64,000 bases of DNA, from assembly GCA_937891135.1 (NCBI GenBank), contig CALAFB010000082.1, positions 83,818-147,817 of the forward strand. The letters are read 5' to 3'. How positions within the stretch are numbered: position 1 is the first letter of the stretch; every line of letters starts with the position of its first letter. Origin of the DNA: an uncultured Elusimicrobium sp. (GTDB lineage Bacteria; Elusimicrobiota; Elusimicrobia; Elusimicrobiales; Elusimicrobiaceae). Positions 10,139 to 20,761 of the stretch are shown in pieces. Both the position numbers and the translations under genes were made by a program. The notes under the pieces were generated by a model. It saw nothing but the letters and a program-made list of their open reading frames with translations, was not told the origin of the DNA and did not search any database.

Positions 10139-13100
10139 AATTGCTCCTTTTTATCTTTTCCGGCAAACAACGTAAAGAACCACGGGATAAATAACGGGGC
10201 TACCCCGGTGGCAATTAACATCCCGCATACCACGGCCGTACCGATAGCATGGCGGCTAGCCGCACCTGCCCCTGTACTAATGGCTAGTGGTACACATCCT
10301 AAAATAAACGCGAGTGAAGTCATCACAATCGGTCTAAAACGCATTTCAGCTGCGTGTACGGCAGCTTCGGCTTTTTGCATGCCTTGTTCTTTTAATAATA
10401 CCGCAAATTCTACAATTAAAATAGCGTTTTTGGCGGCTAACCCTACCAGAGCCACAAGGGCAATTTGAAAATAAATATCATTGGATAATCCGCGTATCCA
10501 CGTGCCCAATAAAGCCCCGAAAATGGCAAACGGAACGGCTAATAATACGGCAATTGGCAAACTCCATTTTTCATATTGTGCGGCTAAAATTAAGAACACC
10601 ACCAGCATCCCTAACAAAAGGGCGGATGTGGAGGAGCTGCCGGCAATTTTTTCCTGATACGTAGTTCCGGTCCAAGCCAGCGTAAACCCACTATCTAAAG
10701 TTTTTTGGGCGGTTTCTTCTACGGCGCGGATTGCATCTCCGGAACTATAACCCGGTGCCGGGCTGGCCATAATTTTGGCAGAGGGGAACACGTTAAAGCG
10801 TTCCACCACATCTGGCCCTAAGGACGGTTTAAGCGTAACCAAGGTAGAGAGTGGAACCATCGCCCCGGTATTGGATTTCACATAAATCCCGCTGATTTGG
10901 TCCGGGCGCGCACGGTACTGTCCTTCCGCTTGCATCATCACTTTAAAACTGCGTCCCAGGTATGTAAAATCATTGATATACATATTCCCAAAGGTGCCTT
11001 GCAGCGTGGCATACAGCGTATCTAACGATACTCCCATAGACTGGGCTTTTACTTCATCCACCGTTAGCGCATATTGAGGAACCGCTGCCGAGAAAGAAGA
11101 CGAAACACTTGTTAATTCCGGTCGTTTGCGGGCAGCCTCTAAGAATTTATTTACCTGTTCGGCCAGAACCGCAGAGCCGCCTTCCGAACGGTTTTGGATA
11201 TATCCTTCTAAGCCACCTGTCGTACTCATCCCCATAATGGGTGGCGGGTTAAACGGCATGACATTCGCCCCGGGGATTTCTTGTTGGGCTTTTTGATAAA
11301 CTTGCATCACCGTGGCTGTAGAAGATTCATTTTTCTTTTTACGTTCGTCCCACGGTTTTAACATCACAAAAGACGCAACTGAGTTATTCTTTTGTGCGCT
11401 AGTTAGCATATCAAATCCGGCAAATGTCATTTCTTTTTGTACCGTAGGAATGGACAATAATAAATTTTCCATCTGTGCGGAAACTTTATCACTCGCAGAC
11501 AAAGCAGCTGCCGGGTCCAACTGGGAAGCAACCATAATAATCCCTTGGTCTTCCGTTGGTAACAAACTGCCCGGTACGATTTTAAAAAGCCCCAGCGTCA
11601 ACACCACTAATACAGCCATTAAAATCCCGGAAAGGGTTGCTTTACGCACAAGGCTGCCGACCCATTTGCCATACTTGTGGGTCAGTTTATCAAAAAATTG
11701 GTCAAAGCGGTAGAAAAATCCACTTGTTGGGCGTGCCTGTTTTTTAAGCAGCAAGACACACAATGCCGGGGTTAAGGTTAATGCTACTAATCCCGAAATA
11801 ACAACGGAAACGGCAATGGTAATAGCAAACTGCTTATACATCACACCTGTTAGGCCACCCATGAAAGCAACCGGCACAAACACAGAACACAATACCAGTA
11901 CAATGGCTACTACCGGGCCGGACACTTCCTGCATGGCTTTAATCGTAGCTTCGCGCACAGGGAGATTATCTTCGTGCATAATACGTTCTACATTTTCTAT
12001 GACTACAATGGCATCATCTACCACCATACCAATTGCCAACACCAACCCAAACAGCGTAAGTGTGTTAATAGAGAAACCCATTAACATCATCCCGGCAAAT
12101 GCACCGATAATAGAAACAGGAACTGCCAAACACGGAATCAGCGTAGCCCGCCAATCTTTTAAGAATAAATACACAACTAAAAAGACCAGCACCATGGCTT
12201 CTACTAAGGTTTTAATGACTTCTTTAATAGATTCATTGACAAATAACGTAGTATCATACGCGGTATCGTATGCAAGGTCCATTTCCGCCGGGAAATTTTT
12301 GGCGGCTTCTTTTAAATGTTCCTGTACTGCTTTGGCTGTAGCTACCGCGTTAGCACCGGGGGACAAATATACCCCTACCGGTACAGCCGGTTGTTTATTA
12401 AAACTTCCGTTAAATTCATACGTTTGGCTGCCCAGTTCTATGCGTGCTACATCTTTTAGGCGCAAGGTGGTGCCGTCTGGATTAGCACGTAAAATAATAT
12501 TTTCAAATTCTTCTACCGTAGAGAAACGGCCCGGAGCAATAATGGAATAACTGCGGTCTACTTTTACAGGCAGCGGAGCTTGGCCGATTTTTCCGGCCGC
12601 ACGTTGAGCGTTTTGCGCTTTGACGGCATTAGCCACTTCGGCAATAGACAAATTACGTTGGGATAATATATCTGGCTTTACCCAGATGCGGATGGCATAA
12701 TCGTTAGCGGACATTACCATGGCATCCCCCACCCCTTCAATACGTTTTAAGTCATCTACAATATTGATTAACACATAGTTCCCAATCGTGGTTGTATCGG
12801 AACGGCCAGACGGAGAATAAAACGCAATCATTTGTAAAATAGCAGAAGATTTCTTATCTACCGTAACGCCGTATCGGCGGACATCTTCCGGTAAGGTAGC
12901 TGTCGCTCCTTGCACGCGGTTATTGACGTTAATCATAGCCTGGTCAGGGTCAGTACCTACTTTAAAATAAACGGTAAGAGACATATCGCCGTTGGCGGAA
13001 GAAGTGGAGTTCATATACAACATATCTTCCACGCCATTGATTTGCTGTTCTAAGGGGGCAGCCACCGTGTTGGCAATTACCTCCGGGCTGGCACCCGGGT

Positions 13101-13248
13101 AACTGGCGGAAACAGCAATCGTGGGCGGGGTCAAATCCGGGTATTGTTCTACTGGAAGGGATTTAATAGACACAATTCCCGCTAATGTAATAAGCAGCGA
13201 AATTACCGAGGCAAAAATAGGCCGGTCAATGAAAAATTTAGAAAACAT
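10135..13248 (-). CDS. RND efflux permease (AcrB/HAE1 family)
   Basis: MFSKFFIDRPIFA, GMVVDDAIVVIENVER, AKNAILIVEFA, RFRPIVMTSLAF. Confidence 0.95.
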   Translation of the reverse strand: MFSKFFIDRPIFASVISLLITLAGIVSIKSLPVEQYPDLTPPTIAVSASYPGASPEVIANTVAAPLEQQINGVEDMLYMNSTSSANGDMSLTVYFKVGTDPDQAMINVNNRVQGATATLPEDVRRYGVTVDKKSSAILQMIAFYSPSGRSDTTTIGNYVLINIVDDLKRIEGVGDAMVMSANDYAIRIWVKPDILSQRNLSIAEVANAVKAQNAQRAAGKIGQAPLPVKVDRSYSIIAPGRFSTVEEFENIILRANPDGTTLRLKDVARIELGSQTYEFNGSFNKQPAVPVGVYLSPGANAVATAKAVQEHLKEAAKNFPAEMDLAYDTAYDTTLFVNESIKEVIKTLVEAMVLVFLVVYLFLKDWRATLIPCLAVPVSIIGAFAGMMLMGFSINTLTLFGLVLAIGMVVDDAIVVIENVERIMHEDNLPVREATIKAMQEVSGPVVAIVLVLCSVFVPVAFMGGLTGVMYKQFAITIAVSVVISGLVALTLTPALCVLLLKKQARPTSGFFYRFDQFFDKLTHKYGKWVGSLVRKATLSGILMAVLVVLTLGLFKIVPGSLLPTEDQGIIMVASQLDPAAALSASDKVSAQMENLLLSIPTVQKEMTFAGFDMLTSAQKNNSVASFVMLKPWDERKKKNESSTATVMQVYQKAQQEIPGANVMPFNPPPIMGMSTTGGLEGYIQNRSEGGSAVLAEQVNKFLEAARKRPELTSVSSSFSAAVPQYALTVDEVKAQSMGVSLDTLYATLQGTFGNMYINDFTYLGRSFKVMMQAEGQYRARPDQISGIYVKSNTGAMVPLSTLVTLKPSLGPDVVERFNVFPSAKIMASPAPGYSSGDAIRAVEETAQKTLDSGFTLAWTGTTYQEKIAGSSSTSALLLGMLVVFLILAAQYEKWSLPIAVLLAVPFAIFGALLGTWIRGLSNDIYFQIALVALVGLAAKNAILIVEFAVLLKEQGMQKAEAAVHAAEMRFRPIVMTSLAFILGCVPLAISTGAGAASRHAIGTAVVCGMLIATGVAPLFIPWFFTLFAGKDKKEQL

Positions 13249-13260
13249 AACTGACTCCTT

Positions 13261-14577
13261 TTAACGGACCTGTTCGTCGGATGAATTCGCATCCGGTAAA
13301 GACTCCGCATCCGGAACTTCAGAATCAGAAATAGCTTGTTCTAATTGGTCCATTTTTTCGGCATCGGCCTTCGGAGCGGTGCGTTCTTGCGTGGGTTTTA
13401 CTTCAAACGGCTGCAAGGAAGCCACTACTTTTTGCCCGGGGCGCACCCGCGTAAGGCCTTCGCTGATGACCGTTTCTCCGTTTTTGAGCCCGCTGGAAAC
13501 TACATATACATCCTCTAACAATTCCCCGGTAATCGGGCGGGCTTCTACGGCGTTGTTGGCATCTACCACATAGACCAATAATTCTTTGGCTGTATGCAAC
13601 ACGGCAGAGGAAGGAATCAAAATCGCATTTTTATAAGTAGCCCCGATTAAATGTACGCGTACAAATTGCCCCGGCATAAGCAAGCGCGAATTAGTAGGGT
13701 TTGCAAATTCGGCTTTCATGGCAATACTGGAAGTAAGGGCATTTTCGGAGCTGTCAAAAAAGATAATTTTACCACGCTGTGGATAAATTTCCCCATTGGG
13801 CAGCACGGCTTCTATGTAAACGTTCACGTCGTTAACATCTTTATTGCGGTATTCTTGGGCAGCTTGCGTATCGCCTTGTTTCATGTTACCAAACGCAATT
13901 TGCCCGGAAATAAACCCTTCGGACAGTTTCGTAAACTGGCTGCCCGGCATAGAAAATTTTACATACAGGGGGTTAATCTGTACCATATTGGTTAAATAAC
14001 CGGACTCTCCTTGCGGAGAAATCAAACTTCCTACAGAGGGTACCGCTTGCCCAACAATACCGGAAATAGGTGCTACCACTTTGGTATATCCCAGGTTAAT
14101 TTGAGCTCCTTCCACCGCAGCTTGGGCTACTTTTACATTTGCCTGGGCAGTTTCGTAAGCGGATAAAGCATTATCATAATCCTGCTGGCTGACGGCATTG
14201 GACTGGCGCAGCGTTTTCATACGTTTAAAGGTGCGGTAGGTCCGCTTTTCTTCAGCTTGGGCTTGAGCCAGGGATCCTTGGGCTTTTTCTAATGCTACCT
14301 TATATTCCGAATCATCAATTTGAAACAGTTGGGTACCTTCTTTGACAAATTCTCCCTCGTTATATAGACGGCTTTGTAAAATACCACCTACCTGGGCACG
14401 GATTTGAATTTCTAAAGAACCTGCTACTTGGGCCGGATATTCAATATTCCACGGCAAATTCTCTTGAATGACTTTGACGGCAGATACATTTACGGCCGCC
14501 GGAGCGGAAGCGTCCTGTTTATGGCACGCAATTGTAAAAAGCGAGAAGCACATTAAAAACCCTACTAGTTTACGCAT
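13261..14577 (-). CDS. RND efflux membrane fusion lipoprotein (AcrA family)
   Basis: Lipobox TIAC, IRAQVGG, YTKVVAPISG, LMPGQFV. Confidence 0.92.
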   Translation of the reverse strand: MRKLVGFLMCFSLFTIACHKQDASAPAAVNVSAVKVIQENLPWNIEYPAQVAGSLEIQIRAQVGGILQSRLYNEGEFVKEGTQLFQIDDSEYKVALEKAQGSLAQAQAEEKRTYRTFKRMKTLRQSNAVSQQDYDNALSAYETAQANVKVAQAAVEGAQINLGYTKVVAPISGIVGQAVPSVGSLISPQGESGYLTNMVQINPLYVKFSMPGSQFTKLSEGFISGQIAFGNMKQGDTQAAQEYRNKDVNDVNVYIEAVLPNGEIYPQRGKIIFFDSSENALTSSIAMKAEFANPTNSRLLMPGQFVRVHLIGATYKNAILIPSSAVLHTAKELLVYVVDANNAVEARPITGELLEDVYVVSSGLKNGETVISEGLTRVRPGQKVVASLQPFEVKPTQERTAPKADAEKMDQLEQAISDSEVPDAESLPDANSSDEQVR

Positions 14578-14686
14578 GATTCATTTTCTCCTTTAATATG
14601 ATTTCTAAAATTTTATGAAATTGGCTTTAGTTTAATCAACTTTTTTAACAAAATAATGGCAAAGTTCCCAAAAAACCGTATAATAA

Positions 14687-15658
14687 ATGTATATGAAACT
14701 ATTTTATTTATTGATTTTGTTATGTTTTACAGTACCTGCGGGAGCAGTACCTTCTTTGACGGACTTAGACAGTTGGCAACTGCCTGACGAAGAAGAAGAA
14801 AAGCCGGCTCCCAAGCCAGCTCCAAAACCGGTTGCTTCCAAAACAACGGCTGCTTCGGCCCATACGAAAGAAAAAGGGCCGGAGTTAGAAGTACAACTAG
14901 CCACCAATTTTGGTCTGGCTTCTTCTACCCGGGATGCTTCTGAAATTGCGGTTATGCGTCACTCAGCAGAACAGTTACTATCCCGCCTGAAAGGGAAAAC
15001 CCGTTTTTATGTACTATTTAATGCGAATATGCCGGCCTCGGTTGATAAAGTAATTCAAGCTGAAGATGGGCAGGAATATGCGGTAGTCCTCTTTGGAAAT
15101 GAAAAACAAAATTATCGGTTATTTTTATTTAAAGGCGGGGTGGAGCAACCTTTACTGGCCGTAGCAGAAAATACAGCCGGGAAATTGGATATGTACCGCC
15201 AGTATCAGGTAAATGTGGGCGTTACGGAAGAAGATTTTAAGAAAGCTGAACCCGAGGTTGTTGCACAAATAATCACGGAAAAAGAAACGCAAACCCCGTA
15301 TCAAGTATATCCATTCAAGGGGCCTTGGTATGTTGTATTTAAAAACGGGAATCCTGTACGCCAGTTTACCCAAGAGTCTCTCTTGAAAGAATATACGAAT
15401 AAATTACAAGGGTTAGACCCTGCCTCACAAGTTGTTACAGGGCCGGACCGTACTACTCGGTGGTTGCAGACCCAAACGAAATCGGATCAACCCCAAAAAC
15501 GTCTATTTTCAGAAATTGTAGACAGCGGCACTTTGTGGGACCGGAAATATGGTCTTCATGAAGAAGAAAACACTCCTTGGGGCCCTTCTGCACGCTTCTC
15601 GCAGTCAGGCCGTTCACCTAAATCTACGAGGTCTTCTTCCCGTTCCCGCCGGCGGTAA
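14687..15658 (+). CDS. Secreted hypothetical protein, paralog of 29489..30349
   Basis: Signal peptide; shared core GQEYAVV..YRLFLF..QPLLAVAEN..YQV. Confidence 0.7.
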   Translation: MYMKLFYLLILLCFTVPAGAVPSLTDLDSWQLPDEEEEKPAPKPAPKPVASKTTAASAHTKEKGPELEVQLATNFGLASSTRDASEIAVMRHSAEQLLSRLKGKTRFYVLFNANMPASVDKVIQAEDGQEYAVVLFGNEKQNYRLFLFKGGVEQPLLAVAENTAGKLDMYRQYQVNVGVTEEDFKKAEPEVVAQIITEKETQTPYQVYPFKGPWYVVFKNGNPVRQFTQESLLKEYTNKLQGLDPASQVVTGPDRTTRWLQTQTKSDQPQKRLFSEIVDSGTLWDRKYGLHEEENTPWGPSARFSQSGRSPKSTRSSSRSRRR

Positions 15659-15706
15659 AAAGTAATTTGCGTTGTTTGTATGTTGTGAACTCTCCCAGTT
15701 AGGTAA

Positions 15707-15741
15707 ACTAAACCCCCGGCATAGCCGGGGGTTTAGTATCA
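15707..15741. repeat. Palindrome resembling an IS200/IS605 end or REP, copy 2
   Basis: actaaacccccggc-ata-gccgggggtttagt(atca). Confidence 0.65.
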
Positions 15742-15874
15742 CCACTAAAAAACGGAGGCCGAGCAGCCCCCAATTTTTTGCACCTATATTTATATTTTGT
15801 TATACTGTAAATACAATTTGATTTTGTATGCACTCTTAAACAAACAAATTGAAATGAAACGGAAAGGAGTGTGT

Positions 15875-16364
15875 ATGACATACAAAAATACCCGGCGGGG
15901 TTTCACGCTTATAGAGTTGTTAGTTGTTGTCCTTATTATCGGTATCTTAGCCGCCGTAGCGTTGCCACAGTATCAAAAAGCCGTACTCAAAAGCCGGTTT
16001 GCTACCATAAAAGGTCTAACCTATAGTTTAGTTCAAGCAGAAGAAATTTACTATTTGGCAAATGGCAGTTATACCGAAGATTTTACAGAGTTGGATTTGG
16101 ATACTCCAACGCCTTCTATAGCAGGTGGTAATAAGCGAAATTTTCAAAATTTTTTGCAAATTAAACAAAACTTCTAAATTTGTTTATTGTGCGGTAACTC
16201 AAAACGAAACGGAAATAATAAAATACCAAATTTATTTAAATCATAGTTCGCGTGGTTTCGTTCGTTGGTGTGTTCCTATGGTTGAAAGTAATATGGTGGA
16301 ACAAATTTGCAGCCATGAAACAGGTAAAGAAACAAAAGAGCAAAATCAAAGGTTCGTTTATTAG
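15875..16364 (+). pseudogene. Type IV pilin (PilE-like), frameshifted at a T6 tract
   Basis: RBS aaggag, then [16 protein letters not shown]. Stop at 16177; the Cys-containing C-terminus continues in the frame of 16125..16364. T6 (16150-16155) to T5 restores the frame. Confidence 0.85.
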
Positions 16365-16405
16365 TTATATACCTTTCCGATTTTCAAAATTGCTACAATA
16401 ATTTT

Positions 16406-17302
16406 ATGAGTTACTTATTTGCATTTTGTTTGGCGTTGTGTTGGGGAACGGCGTTTTTGGCCTCTAAAAATATTGTAGAGGTGCTCCCGCCCTATTGGGG
16501 CGCGTTTGCCCGTGTACTAGCCGGGCTTGTTTTTTTTATTATATTGTTTTCCATTCAAAAAGCCCCGTTTAAATGCCCGTTGCGCCAGTTGTGGCGGCCC
16601 TGGGTTATTAGTTTATTGCTGATTTTACTGCCGTTTGCGGCTTTGTCCTGGGGGATTCAACATACGGTGCCTACCATTGCCGGTATTTTTAACGGTACGG
16701 TACCGATATGGAGTTTTTTGGCCGGTGCCGTTTTATTAAAAGGAGTGGACCGTTTTACATGGCGTCGTGCGGCCGGGGTACTTATCGGCCTAGCAGGGCT
16801 TTTGGTAATTATGCGTCCGCAATGGCAAGCCGCCCTTACTGCTCCTGCTGGGCAAATGACCTTATGGGGCTACATGGCTTTACTTTTTATGGCCCTTTGT
16901 TACGGACTGGGCAACGTGCTTACCAAAAAAATTATGGTGGATAATACCACACTTCCTTGGCAGGCCAATACCTTTCATCAATACTTGTTTGCTGCCGTGG
17001 TGTTGTGCGGCATATCGTTGTTAACGGAACCGATCCCCTCATGGACGGTATTTAATACAAAACTGGTCCTTTCCATTGTAAGTGCTGGGGTTATTTCTTC
17101 GGCAGTAGCATTTCTCTTAATGATTGCACTTATTAAACGCTGGGGGGCGACGCGTATGGCCTCAGTAACGTATTTTTCGCCGATTATTGCCATGGGAACC
17201 GATATTTTATTCCGAGGACGCATCCCGCACGCGCCGGAACTGATGGGTATGGCCCTTATTTTTATCAGTTTGTGGCTCATCCAAAAGAAAGTAGATAACT
17301 AA
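16406..17302 (+). CDS. DMT/EamA family transporter
   Basis: About 10 TM helices with internal duplication; LCWGTAF, GATRMASVTYFSP. Confidence 0.85.
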   Translation: MSYLFAFCLALCWGTAFLASKNIVEVLPPYWGAFARVLAGLVFFIILFSIQKAPFKCPLRQLWRPWVISLLLILLPFAALSWGIQHTVPTIAGIFNGTVPIWSFLAGAVLLKGVDRFTWRRAAGVLIGLAGLLVIMRPQWQAALTAPAGQMTLWGYMALLFMALCYGLGNVLTKKIMVDNTTLPWQANTFHQYLFAAVVLCGISLLTEPIPSWTVFNTKLVLSIVSAGVISSAVAFLLMIALIKRWGATRMASVTYFSPIIAMGTDILFRGRIPHAPELMGMALIFISLWLIQKKVDN

Positions 17303-17397
17303 CTAATTTTTCCGCTTGTACGGGCACACAAATATGCTAAAATGTAGATGGTAGAATTTACGCATTTTTTATCTATACATACAGGGGGAGAAGGGAT

Positions 17398-18267
17398 ATG
17401 GCGCAAAACTTATCATCGGGTTCACTTTTAAAACCGCTCGTGCGGGACCGCCAAACCGAGGCGGATATTCCGTCCGGCTACGGCAAGACGGAAAGTTATT
17501 TATTGCCGAAAGATCCGGCATGGATGTTTTTATTTTGGGAAATTACTTCCGGTACGCTGGATTTTATTAAGAGCCAATACAACCCGGACGTACTTAAACA
17601 CGCACGCACCATTATCCGTTTGCATGATGTAACGAACGTATCTTATTTTACGGGTGCCAATTCCGTAAAATACTACGATATGCCGGTTATTTTTGAAGCT
17701 AAAAACTGGTACATTAACGCCCCCGAATCCGGCCGTGCTTATATTGCTGATTTAGGTTATTTAACCGCTGACGGGCAATTTATTTTAGTAACCCGCAGTA
17801 ATATGACGTCTGTGCCGCCCGGTAAAATCTCCAACATTGTGGATGATAAATGGATGATTGTGGAAGGAGATTTCCAAAAACTCTTAAAACTCTCCGGGGC
17901 CGATTATATCGGTTTAGGGGCCAGCGAACTGATGCAAGTGGTAGGCCAGCGGTGGAAACTAACCGAACTTACCACATCCGGCGCGCCGACGTCGTGGTCC
18001 TCGTTTGCTTTACACCTAGATAAAGTGCAAGAAGACGAAGATATTTGGCTCAATGCCGATTGTGAGATTATTATTTACGGTTCTGCCTCTAAAAATGCCA
18101 TTGTGTCCATTAACGGCAAACAAATTGAATTAAAAGATGGCAAATTTTCTATTCATCAACACCTGTCCGCCGGAGAGGTAGTAGACTTGCCTATTCATGC
18201 GCGTAACGCCAAAGGTGATAAAACGCGCCATATAGACATCAAAGCCGTGCGCGAACAGGGGAAATAA
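17398..18267 (+). CDS. DUF4912-domain protein
   Basis: YG..LLPKDPAWMFLFWE, IRLHDVT, WYI..YIADLG..RSN; typical neighbour of GH57 genes. Confidence 0.75.
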   Translation: MAQNLSSGSLLKPLVRDRQTEADIPSGYGKTESYLLPKDPAWMFLFWEITSGTLDFIKSQYNPDVLKHARTIIRLHDVTNVSYFTGANSVKYYDMPVIFEAKNWYINAPESGRAYIADLGYLTADGQFILVTRSNMTSVPPGKISNIVDDKWMIVEGDFQKLLKLSGADYIGLGASELMQVVGQRWKLTELTTSGAPTSWSSFALHLDKVQEDEDIWLNADCEIIIYGSASKNAIVSINGKQIELKDGKFSIHQHLSAGEVVDLPIHARNAKGDKTRHIDIKAVREQGK

Positions 18268-18268
18268 C

Positions 18269-19891
18269 ATGGGACAAGAGAAGGGTTATCTTGCGCTGGT
18301 ACTCCATGCGCACTTGCCATTTATCAAACACCCGGAATATCCGGACTTTTTAGAAGAAGACTGGTTCTACGAAGCCATGGTGGAAACGTACATTCCGCTG
18401 TTAAGTGTGTTTGAAAAATTAACGGATGAAGGGTGCGATTTCCGCTTAACCATGTCCTTAACGCCGCCCTTGTGTAATATGATGGAAGACCCGCTTTTAA
18501 TAGAGCGTTTCCGCCATTATTTAAACCAACGGGCCGAACTATCTGCCAAAGAAATTGAACGCACGCGTGGCACCGAATTTGAAGGCGTGGCGCGAATGTA
18601 TTTTGATAAATTCCGCCGCTACCAGGATTTATTTGAAAACCGCTACCACGGGCACGTACTGCAAGGTTTTAAAAAATTCCAGGATATGGGCAAACTGGAA
18701 ATTATTACCTGCTGCGCCACGCACGGATATTTGCCCTTAATGGTACACAAAGAAAGCGTCAACGCACAAATTAAAATTGCCGCACATGATTACCGCAGTC
18801 GTTTTGGCAAAAATCCGCGCGGGATTTGGCTGGCCGAATGTGCCTATAATCCCGGCGACGATAAATTTTTGCGCGAAGAAGGGATCCGATTCTTCTTTAC
18901 CGAATCGCACGGTATTTTACACGGCACCCCGCGCCCGAAATACGGCGTATATGCGCCGGTGTATTGCCCGGAAACAGGGGTTGCCGCGTTTGCGCGCGAT
19001 ATGGAATCGGCCCAACAAGTGTGGAGTGCCGAATCCGGCTACCCCGGCGACCACCGCTACCGCGAATTTTACCGCGATTTGGGTTACGATTTGGATTACG
19101 ATTACATTAAACCGTATTTACATTCCGACGGCGTACGCCGCAATATCGGTATGAAATACCATAAAATCACCGGCAAAGTATCCCTGAACCAAAAGCAGGC
19201 TTACAACCCGTGGGAAGCGCGCGAAGTAGCCGCCCAGCACGCCGGGAACTTTATGTTCAACCGCCAACAGCAAATAAAGTATTTAAGCACCATTATTGAC
19301 CGCAAACCGCTGGTAGTGTCTATGTATGATGCAGAACTCTACGGGCATTGGTGGTATGAAGGAATTGATTTTTTGGAGTTTTTATTCAAAAAAATCTATT
19401 ACGACCAGGATGAAATTAAACTCATTACCCCCATGGAATACTTGCAAATGTACCCGGAAAACCAGGTAGTGCAGCCGTCTATGTCTAGCTGGGGCGATAA
19501 AGGATATCACGACGTGTGGCTTAATAGCGGTAACGACTGGATTTACCGCCACTTAATTAAATCGTCCGAACGGATGATGGAACTTGCCAACCGTTTTTCA
19601 AATGCCGAAGGGCTTTTGCGCCGGGCTTTAAATCAACTGGCGCGCGAACTTGTCTTAATGCAATCTTCGGACTGGGCGTTTTTGATGACGACCGGAACCG
19701 CCAAAGAGTATTCCACCAAACGCACGAAAGACCACATCAAACGGTTTAATGAACTCTACGAGCAGATTATCGGCAACCGTATTGATGAGGGGTATGTGTT
19801 CAACCTGGAAATGCGCGACTCTATTTTCCAACAAATAGATTACCGCGTGTATTCGTCGGCCGAGAAAGAAAAAGTATTGGCAAAATACTAA
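18269..19891 (+). CDS. GH57 1,4-alpha-glucan branching enzyme (DUF1957)
   Basis: LVLHAHLPF, ETYIPLL, CATHGYLP, GIWLAECAY, YDAELYGHWWYEG, QSSDWAF. Confidence 0.92.
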   Translation: MGQEKGYLALVLHAHLPFIKHPEYPDFLEEDWFYEAMVETYIPLLSVFEKLTDEGCDFRLTMSLTPPLCNMMEDPLLIERFRHYLNQRAELSAKEIERTRGTEFEGVARMYFDKFRRYQDLFENRYHGHVLQGFKKFQDMGKLEIITCCATHGYLPLMVHKESVNAQIKIAAHDYRSRFGKNPRGIWLAECAYNPGDDKFLREEGIRFFFTESHGILHGTPRPKYGVYAPVYCPETGVAAFARDMESAQQVWSAESGYPGDHRYREFYRDLGYDLDYDYIKPYLHSDGVRRNIGMKYHKITGKVSLNQKQAYNPWEAREVAAQHAGNFMFNRQQQIKYLSTIIDRKPLVVSMYDAELYGHWWYEGIDFLEFLFKKIYYDQDEIKLITPMEYLQMYPENQVVQPSMSSWGDKGYHDVWLNSGNDWIYRHLIKSSERMMELANRFSNAEGLLRRALNQLARELVLMQSSDWAFLMTTGTAKEYSTKRTKDHIKRFNELYEQIIGNRIDEGYVFNLEMRDSIFQQIDYRVYSSAEKEKVLAKY

Positions 19892-19903
19892 TTGACTATA
19901 TAA

Positions 19904-19945
19904 AACATTCCCCGTGCTGAGCAAAGTTCAGACACGGGGATGTTT
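19904..19945. terminator. Bidirectional terminator between GH57 gene and pilin
   Basis: aacattccccgtg..cacggggatgtt hairpin. Confidence 0.55.
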
Positions 19946-20041
19946 GTTATTAAACTAAGATTGTATAGTTCTACTAATCAAAAAATAGACAAAAATAATG
20001 AGGGCTCATAGGGCTCCACAAATATTTGCCTGCATATCATG

Positions 20042-20527
20042 TTATGGCAGTTTATATACCATGTCGTTTCCTTCCTGGAGTATACCGCCTAATTGTTGGC
20101 ACGTTTTGTGTGCCGTTGTATCGTTAGCTATACATTCCCATTTGCCGGCAGATTCGGGATGTAGTTTCATATTGGGGCTGGTATACTCAATCATGAAATC
20201 CCCAAAATTGGTCATTTTTGGGGTGGCGTAAGCCGACACGCCCATTGCATCGTGCTCGTCCCATTCAAACGCCCAATTTGCGGTTTCCGGGGGAACACTG
20301 ATGTCCAGTTCGTCTAGCGGGGGCAAAGCCTCTCTCCCCGTTTGGGCCAACCATACATCTCCGGCGGTTACCACGGCTTTGAGTACTATTTTAACCTCTG
20401 CCACGCGTGCTTTTAATACTGCCTTTTGGTATTGCGGCAACGCTACCGCTGCCAAAATACCAATGATAAGAACTACTACCAATAACTCAATAAGCGTAAA
20501 ACCCCGCCGGGTGTAAAACATGTGCAT
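20042..20527 (-). CDS. Type IV pilin (PilE-like)
   Basis: [33 protein letters not shown]-terminal Cys pair. Confidence 0.92.
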   Translation of the reverse strand: MHMFYTRRGFTLIELLVVVLIIGILAAVALPQYQKAVLKARVAEVKIVLKAVVTAGDVWLAQTGREALPPLDELDISVPPETANWAFEWDEHDAMGVSAYATPKMTNFGDFMIEYTSPNMKLHPESAGKWECIANDTTAHKTCQQLGGILQEGNDMVYKLP

Positions 20528-20559
20528 ATTGCACCTCGCATGTAAGTTTGGGCCTAGGT

Positions 20560-20710
20560 ATAAAAAACGACGACTGCCTAAGCCATGCGAGTAACCCGTG
20601 CAAATCGTCGATCACCTGTCCTTGCGGACAGGTGAAAAGCAAACGATAGTTGCGGACTCGCATGTGCCTTGCGGATTTACCACCCGGCGCAATAAGGGCT
20701 TCCCCCTTAC
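20560..20710 (-). ncRNA. Divergent structured leader (copy D) with the same switch logic
   Basis: P1 CATGCGAGT(20664-20656)/ACTCGCATG(20592-20584); inner ATCGTT/GACGAT; hairpin TCACCTGTCC-gcaa-GGACAGGTGA; terminator cgacgat..gtcgtcg+T6 with P1' in its loop. Confidence 0.7.
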
Positions 20711-20761
20711 TTCCTTTCAACAAATCATCAAATTGAGTTTAAATATGTGTGGTTATTCCTC

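Noticed and set aside
11312..12550. Long antisense ORFs (11312..11713, 11816..12550, 25555..26220 and similar)
   Set aside because: They are shadows of well-supported genes on the opposite strand with no recognisable motifs.
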